A stretch of DNA of 64,000 nucleotides from an uncultured Myxococcales bacterium (GTDB taxonomy: Bacteria > Myxococcota > Kuafuiibacteriia > Kuafuiibacteriales > Kuafuiibacteriaceae). Each line of letters begins with the position of its first letter. The stretch's first letter is position 1. The DNA lies in NCBI GenBank assembly GCA_964519665.1, contig CAZFIV010000020.1, forward strand, positions 9,268 through 73,267. Direction: 5' to 3'. This document shows, in pieces, positions 58,484 to 64,000 of the stretch. A program made the position numbers and the translations under genes. Under the pieces are notes generated by a model. The model was not told where the DNA came from, made no database searches, and saw nothing but the letters and a program-made list of their open reading frames with translations.

Positions 58484-59914
58484 TCACTGAGCGGAGAGAT
58501 TCGCAACGAGGATCGTCATTCGTTGGACGGCGTTTCGGAACTCTTCCTCCCCGACCGGTCGCGGTCGGTCGGAACGCAGATCTTGGGGCGTGCGGGCCCA
58601 AGGAATGTATCCGAAGACCGGAACGCCGATCAGGCGCAGCGGCACGGCACCTTGGGGATGATCCGAGAGGATCGGCACGGTGACCGAGTCGTCGGTAGCT
58701 CGCGCGCCGCGTCGAATTCTGTCGAGCCAGCGGTTGGACGCGCCTGACGTGCTCAGCGGCGACGCAACCTTCACCGTAAAATGAACGTCGGGGTCGTCGA
58801 CCGCCTTCCGCAGCTCTCCAATGAACGAGCCGGGGGTGGAGTCTTCGAGAAGCGAGGCGCGAAGCAGAGCGCGGCTGCGATACGGGGAGGCGGTGGTCCG
58901 GGTACTCGTATCGCCCCGCAATCCCGCTTCGATGCGCAGGATCCGGACGTTGTCGAGGAACTGGGCGCCCAACCCGGGCCGGTCGATCAGTTCGGGGACC
59001 ACGAAGTACCTCACACCGATCCGCGACCCAAGAAGCAAGCGTTGCGGTATGCTCAAGCCTTCGGCGGATGCCCGGAGGGTGGCCCGATTGGTCGCGGTGA
59101 GGCGGGGTTGGCGGGGTCGATCGCGAATGGCGACCAACGCTTGGGCGAGACGCTCGCTGCTTGGCGGTCCTTGGCCGTCGCTTCGATTCACGGTGGCAAC
59201 CTGAATGACCGCCGTCGCTCGCTCGCCGACCGACACCGCCTGGACCCGTCGCCCGTCGCCGAACCAGTCGACCACGTCGCAACCTCCCCCGGTGAGGGCG
59301 ACGGTCGCGGTCGCGATCGCGGGAGCTGTCGCGATCAACGCGTCCAGGCTGTTCGCACCTAGATCTAGGGCATCAGGAAGCGCCACGAGGTGAACGTCCC
59401 GTTTTCGAGGGCCGCCGAGCTCGGCGAGGACGGCGAGGCTCGTCGCATGGAGTACTGCGAGGCCCTTGCCATCCGCGACCCCGGCGCCCCACATCCTCCC
59501 TTCGCGGATGGTCAGGCTTCGCGGCGGGGTCTCGCGGGGCCAAGCCGCCGGGTCGACGCTCGCCGTGTCGAGGTGCGATAACAATACAACCGGAGGCCCC
59601 TTCGCATCGACGGCCTCGACGCGTCCCCAAACGGCCCATCGGCCGTCGCCGATATTGATAAGCTCGGTCTGGACCGATTCTCGGCGCAGGAAAGCCTGCA
59701 GGACCTGGGCCGCGTCGCGGCCGGCCCCTCGGGGCTGGGTCGTGTCGATGGCTACCAGCCGCTGCAGCAGCTCCTCCGCCCGCGCGGTGAGAGCGGACCA
59801 GGAGATGTCCGTCAATACGAACGGCGCGGGATCGGGGCGAACAGGGCCGCTCGCACATCCGAGTAGCGTCGCCATGACGCCGGCCACCGCGGCCGGCAGA
59901 TGTCGCCTCCCCAT
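58484..59914 (-). CDS. M20/M25/M40-family metallohydrolase-like lipoprotein (possibly inactive)
   Basis: Lipobox LLGC, LLQRLVAIDT, LLSHLDT, GAGVADGKG; the canonical EE motif is replaced by DA. Confidence 0.78.
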   Translation of the reverse strand: MGRRHLPAAVAGVMATLLGCASGPVRPDPAPFVLTDISWSALTARAEELLQRLVAIDTTQPRGAGRDAAQVLQAFLRRESVQTELINIGDGRWAVWGRVEAVDAKGPPVVLLSHLDTASVDPAAWPRETPPRSLTIREGRMWGAGVADGKGLAVLHATSLAVLAELGGPRKRDVHLVALPDALDLGANSLDALIATAPAIATATVALTGGGCDVVDWFGDGRRVQAVSVGERATAVIQVATVNRSDGQGPPSSERLAQALVAIRDRPRQPRLTATNRATLRASAEGLSIPQRLLLGSRIGVRYFVVPELIDRPGLGAQFLDNVRILRIEAGLRGDTSTRTTASPYRSRALLRASLLEDSTPGSFIGELRKAVDDPDVHFTVKVASPLSTSGASNRWLDRIRRGARATDDSVTVPILSDHPQGAVPLRLIGVPVFGYIPWARTPQDLRSDRPRPVGEEEFRNAVQRMTILVANLSAQ

Positions 59915-59986
59915 CTTCACTCCGCGGGTATAAACCCGGCGCGCCACTGGACGCACCCGCTTGTGGTGGTGTACGCCGAATAACGC

Positions 59987-60496
59987 GTGGCCGGCCTGGA
60001 CCTTCCTGTCAAACTCCGCCGCGGACTCGGCAAGGGCAAAGTGGTGCCCGCCGAAGAGCTGACGCGACGACTGCTGCAGTTCGACGGCAACGGCGACGGA
60101 AACTTGAGTCGCGACGAGCTGACTAAGTTTTTCCTGCACCACCGCGTCGGCGGGCCGTGGTTCTGCGAGGTCGTGACCAAGACCCTGTGGGATATCGCGG
60201 AAGAGCGATGGTCGCAGCCGATCGAGAGTATCACCGCCCAGGCCCTCGGTCGGGTGATCAGTTACAGCATGGCCCGACCCGGGCGCCCGACCGCACGATA
60301 TGTGATCACGCCGGACGCCGTGCAGGGACTCGAAGAGAAGCGCGGCCTGGGCGAAGGAGGCCCGCGCCCCTCGGTTTCGCCGCCGCGGCGCCCCGTCGCC
60401 GACGCTTCGGGGCGCTCTGCGGTTCGCACGATGCTTCCGCCCCAAGGTCCTGGTCGGGCGGCACCACGCCGAGCGGGTCCGCGTCCGAGACGGTGA
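59987..60496 (+). CDS. EF-hand-containing protein with Arg/Pro-rich tail
   Basis: DGNGDGNLSRDE canonical 12-residue EF loop; stop overlaps the next GTG. Confidence 0.65.
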   Translation: MAGLDLPVKLRRGLGKGKVVPAEELTRRLLQFDGNGDGNLSRDELTKFFLHHRVGGPWFCEVVTKTLWDIAEERWSQPIESITAQALGRVISYSMARPGRPTARYVITPDAVQGLEEKRGLGEGGPRPSVSPPRRPVADASGRSAVRTMLPPQGPGRAAPRRAGPRPRR

Positions 60497-61407
60497 CCGA
60501 GTCCGGGCCGGGCAAGCCGGAAACCACGCTTCCGTCGGGGGCCCTCGGTTCCCGATACGATCGCGCGATCCACAGGGTATTGACCGCCGCTGGACGTGAG
60601 GTCTCGGTGCGTGAGATCCGCCAAGCCCTCAAGAACGGCCTCATAACGGTGGACGGCCGGCCGAAGGCCCCGGGGCGAACGGCCCGTGGGGGCGAGCGCG
60701 TGCAATGGGGAGCATTCGTGCCCCGCCGCGAAGCGGTTTTGCGGCCAGCGAGCGAATGGTTTCACGAGATTAGGGTCCTCGCCGACGAGGACGACCTCCT
60801 GGTGCTCGACAAGCCGTCCGGCCTGCCGACCCATCCGCTCCGGCCCGACGAAGACGTGACCCTCCTCAACGCGGCGATCGCGATCCGACCGGACGTCGGC
60901 CAGGCGGGTCCTCACCTCGAAGGAGGCTTGGTCCATCGCCTCGATACCGGCACGTCGGGCGTGGTGGTGTTCGCGACCTGCGTCGACGGTCGCGAGCGCT
61001 TGCGGGGCGACTTCGTCGCCCACCGCGTGATCAAGCGCTATTGGGCGCTGACGGTCCCGCCAACCTGGCAAACCCACCGAGCGGACGGCGCGATCGGAGG
61101 GACGGGCCAACGGGTTCGGGTCTTGCCTCCCGACGACCCCAATGGCTTGCCGGCAGAGACGTTGTTGACGGTACGAAAGGTCGATGGTGACCGGGCCTGG
61201 ATCTGGGCCGAGACGGTAACGGGTCGGCGGCATCAAGTTCGTGCCCATCTCAGTGCCCTGGGCGCACCGCTGTGGGGAGATGCGCTCTACGGAGGGCGGT
61301 CGGCGGCGCGGTTGGGGCTTCATGCGTCGGAGCTCGAGCTGCCGGACGGGCGGTGCTTTCGATCGCCCCTTCCCCCCGACCTGACCGACCAACTGGAGGC
61401 TCCATGA
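60493..61407 (+). CDS. RluA/RluD-family pseudouridine synthase with S4-like N-terminus
   Basis: DKPSGLPTHP, HRLDTGTSG, TGRRHQVRAH, GDALYG. Confidence 0.9.
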   Translation: MTESGPGKPETTLPSGALGSRYDRAIHRVLTAAGREVSVREIRQALKNGLITVDGRPKAPGRTARGGERVQWGAFVPRREAVLRPASEWFHEIRVLADEDDLLVLDKPSGLPTHPLRPDEDVTLLNAAIAIRPDVGQAGPHLEGGLVHRLDTGTSGVVVFATCVDGRERLRGDFVAHRVIKRYWALTVPPTWQTHRADGAIGGTGQRVRVLPPDDPNGLPAETLLTVRKVDGDRAWIWAETVTGRRHQVRAHLSALGAPLWGDALYGGRSAARLGLHASELELPDGRCFRSPLPPDLTDQLEAP

Positions 61408-61931
61408 CTCGAAACGCAGCCCTTTGCGTAATGACCGCGGTGCTCGGCGCCTGCGCGAGCTCGACGCCCGGGCCAGGGTCGGCCCAGCTGCCCGAGGGAC
61501 CGACCGTGGGCACGTTGCGCAAGCTGGATGGTACATACTTCACGCTGGACGCCCTGCGCGGAAGCGCGACTCTGATTACGTTCATCCAGACGTGGTCCGA
61601 TCATGCCCTCGTCGAAGTCTCGCTGCTCGACGAAGTGGCCGAGCGGTACGGCGACCGGCTCACCGTCTTGTGCGTAGCCCTCGATGAGCAGCCGGAGATG
61701 GTGCAAATTTTCATGGATACCTTCCATCCATCGTACGAGGTGGTACAGGCTGCCGATGCAACCGCGCTCACCGGTCCTAACGGCCCCTTCGGACCGATCA
61801 CCATGATTCCCACCTCGGTTCTTCTCGACGTTGATGGGCGGGTCGCGGCCCGAATGGATGGGATGTGGCGACCGCCGGTTCTTCGCAAGGCCGTCGAGCG
61901 CCTCGTGGGATCCATTGAAAAAGAGCGTTAA
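61404..61931 (+). CDS. TlpA/thioredoxin-fold lipoprotein lacking the CxxC cysteines
   Basis: Lipobox LGAC; FIQTWSDHA in place of WATWCxxC; IPTSVLLDVDGRV. Confidence 0.75.
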   Translation: MTRNAALCVMTAVLGACASSTPGPGSAQLPEGPTVGTLRKLDGTYFTLDALRGSATLITFIQTWSDHALVEVSLLDEVAERYGDRLTVLCVALDEQPEMVQIFMDTFHPSYEVVQAADATALTGPNGPFGPITMIPTSVLLDVDGRVAARMDGMWRPPVLRKAVERLVGSIEKER

Positions 61932-61977
61932 GTTGCCGCGTTCGGTCTGCCCGGTTAAGGTCTCGCGGGTGTCGCGG

Positions 61978-62304
61978 ATGAGCGTCATGGTGGGCGCAGC
62001 CGGGCTCCTGTCCGCGCTGATGGTTGTGGCGTTGCTCACGGCTGCGCTGCTCGGTCCCGACGGGATCGTTCGTCACCGCCAGCTTGAATCGGACCTCGAA
62101 CGTGTACGCGCTCTGAACGAGCAGCTGCGCGGCGAGAACCGCCGACTTACGGCGGAAAGAGACGCTCTACGACACGACCCGACGTACATCGACGCCGTCA
62201 TTCGAGATGATCTTGGTTACACTCGGCCGGACGAGCTCGTCATTCAGCTGCCGTCGGCCCCCCCCCATCCGGCCGACGTTTCAGCCCGCCAGCCAACGCC
62301 CTGA
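61978..62304 (+). CDS. ftsB: Septum formation initiator FtsB/DivIC
   Basis: TM, GPDG, coiled coil, IDAVIRDDLGYTRPDE. Confidence 0.85.
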   Translation: MSVMVGAAGLLSALMVVALLTAALLGPDGIVRHRQLESDLERVRALNEQLRGENRRLTAERDALRHDPTYIDAVIRDDLGYTRPDELVIQLPSAPPHPADVSARQPTP

Positions 62305-62508
62305 GGGGGCATTGACTTGAGGGCGATCATCGACGGCGGATGCAAAGCCCGCGTGGGCGGCCTCTGACCGCTCCGTGCGACCCCCGAATGCGAGGGCGAT
62401 CGCGGTCGATCTTATACTCGCGAAGAGGCGACCGAACGCCCCTTGTCGATGCTAGCGGTTCCCGGCTATATCCGAGGGGGCCGATCCGCAGCCCCAAGTG
62501 GTTTGAGT

Positions 62509-63825
62509 TTGAGCAAAACTTTCATCCTCGACACGAACGTTCTTCTGCATGACCCGGGCGCGCTATTCGCGTTCGAGGAGCACGCGGTCGTCGTACCCAT
62601 TTACGTCATCGAAGAAATCGACAAGTTCAAACGGGACGCCAACGAGTTGGGGCGGTCCGCGCGGGAAGTCGGTCGCCGTCTCGACGAAATCCGAAAGCAG
62701 GGAAGCATCGCCAACGGCATCACGCTCGATTCGGGAGGCATGCTGCAGATCGCGTTTTCGGCGCGGACCCTGCCGCCCGAAGTGGCCGACAGCGCCAACT
62801 CCGTCGATTCCAGAATCTTGTCGGTGGCGATGGACTTCAAGGAGAAGTCCAACGGCAACGGGCCGACGATCCTGGTGACCAAGGACGTCAACCTCCGCAT
62901 TCGGGCCACGGCCCTCGGTCTCGAAGCCGAGGACTACGACCACGACCGGATGGAGATCGACGAGCTCTATACGGGCACCGTCGAGCTGGAGTGTGATGGC
63001 GAGGAGATCGATACGTTCTACAGTCGCGGCGAATTGACCTTGTCCGACCCGTACCATTTCCCCAATGAGTTCATTCACTTGCGGAACCGCAACAACCCGA
63101 GTCACTCGGCGTTGGGCAAGGTCGATCTGCCGCTCGAACGCATTATTCCGATCAACCGATACAAAGACGGCGTGTGGGGGATCCGTCCCCGGAACAAAGA
63201 GCAATCGTTCGCGATCGACCTCCTGATGGACGACAACGTCAAGATGGTCACCCTGGTCGGCAAGGCAGGGACCGGCAAGACCCTGCTAGCGATCGCGGCC
63301 GGCCTTCACAAGGCCACCGAGGAAGGGGTCTACCAGCGGGTTCTCGTGTCTCGACCTATCTTTCCGCTCGGCCGCGACCTCGGCTATCTGCCCGGCACCG
63401 TCGAAGAGAAGCTGTCGCCGTGGATGCAACCGATTTTCGACAACGTCGAGTTCCTGATGGGCCTGTCCAACGATGAGAAGAAGGGCGGTCGGTCGTACAT
63501 GGAACTGGTCGACCTCGGGATTCTCCAGATCGAGCCGCTCACCTACATCCGCGGTCGCTCGATTCCGCATCAATACATGATCGTCGACGAGGCGCAGAAC
63601 CTCACTCCGCACGAAGTCAAAACGATCGTGTCGCGGGCCGGCGATGGAACGAAGATCGTTCTCACCGGCGACCCCTATCAAATAGATAACCCTTACATGG
63701 ACGCTACCAATAACGGGTTGGTTCACGTCGTGAATCGGTTCCGCACCGAGCGGATCGCAGGTCACGTAACGCTGTTCAAAGGTGAACGCTCCGACCTCGC
63801 GGAGTTGGCGGCCAATCTGCTGTAA
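62509..63825 (+). CDS. PIN domain plus PhoH ATPase (PhoH2/YlaK-like)
   Basis: FILDTNVLLHDP, TKDVNLRI, GKAGTGKT, GYLPG, YIRGRS, DEAQN; TTG start at 62509. Confidence 0.93.
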   Translation: MSKTFILDTNVLLHDPGALFAFEEHAVVVPIYVIEEIDKFKRDANELGRSAREVGRRLDEIRKQGSIANGITLDSGGMLQIAFSARTLPPEVADSANSVDSRILSVAMDFKEKSNGNGPTILVTKDVNLRIRATALGLEAEDYDHDRMEIDELYTGTVELECDGEEIDTFYSRGELTLSDPYHFPNEFIHLRNRNNPSHSALGKVDLPLERIIPINRYKDGVWGIRPRNKEQSFAIDLLMDDNVKMVTLVGKAGTGKTLLAIAAGLHKATEEGVYQRVLVSRPIFPLGRDLGYLPGTVEEKLSPWMQPIFDNVEFLMGLSNDEKKGGRSYMELVDLGILQIEPLTYIRGRSIPHQYMIVDEAQNLTPHEVKTIVSRAGDGTKIVLTGDPYQIDNPYMDATNNGLVHVVNRFRTERIAGHVTLFKGERSDLAELAANLL

Positions 63826-63853
63826 GTCGGCTTCAAGTCGGCTTTAAGTCGGC
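63823..63853. repeat. Three 11-bp-period direct repeats (AAGTCGGC core)
   Basis: TAAGTCGGCTT CAAGTCGGCTT TAAGTCGGC starting at the PhoH stop codon. Confidence 0.7.
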
Positions 63854-64000
63854 CGCCGCGGAGTCGATGGGCGTGTTATGGTCCCTGCTGTGCTTGCCAT
63901 CGTGGCATTCACGTTGGCGCGCCGGCGCGCGACCGCGTCGGTCGAGGTGACTCGGTAGCGTTGCCGGTCAACAAGGTTCGATGGCTTCGGCGCGCGTCAT

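Noticed and set aside
62509-63825. VapC-type toxin-antitoxin module
   Set aside because: The PIN domain is fused to PhoH (a widespread family) and no credible antitoxin ORF is seen upstream.

Overview
This is a GC-rich bacterial chromosomal segment, most consistent with Myxococcota/deltaproteobacteria; that is an inference from gene content and a Myxococcus-type LexA box. No rRNA, tRNA, CRISPR array, integrase or transposase was seen. About 23 kb (7.4-30.7 kb) is a respiratory super-cluster: alternative complex III (actA, B, C, DE fusion, F, small ActG-like), SCO, an A2-type caa3 oxidase, an orphan oxidase subunit III plus PfkB kinase on the opposite strand, and a sigma54-type-promoter cbb3 oxidase operon (ccoNO fusion, Q, P, G, H, DsbD_2, I, S). 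The rest is housekeeping or accessory genes: two RluA, an ArsA/Get3 ATPase pair, Fpg, FeS-type photolyase, DAACS symporter, M16 and M20 peptidases, UbiB kinase, trmB, epmA, BzdR-like regulator, TAXI protein, lexA, 5'-nucleotidase, ftsB and PIN-PhoH. The most notable items are (1) a stand-alone protein carrying the recognised catalytic motifs of eukaryotic type I protein arginine methyltransferases (57511-58446), (2) a membrane-anchored pseudokinase-TIR fusion, (3) a DAACS transporter with a tandemly duplicated ~94-aa inserted domain, (4) an uncharacterised coupled gene pair with a degenerate zincin motif, and (5) a phasin-like/ArsA-pair/SUFU/zincless-Fpg locus. All calls come from motif reading only; no database searches were run.
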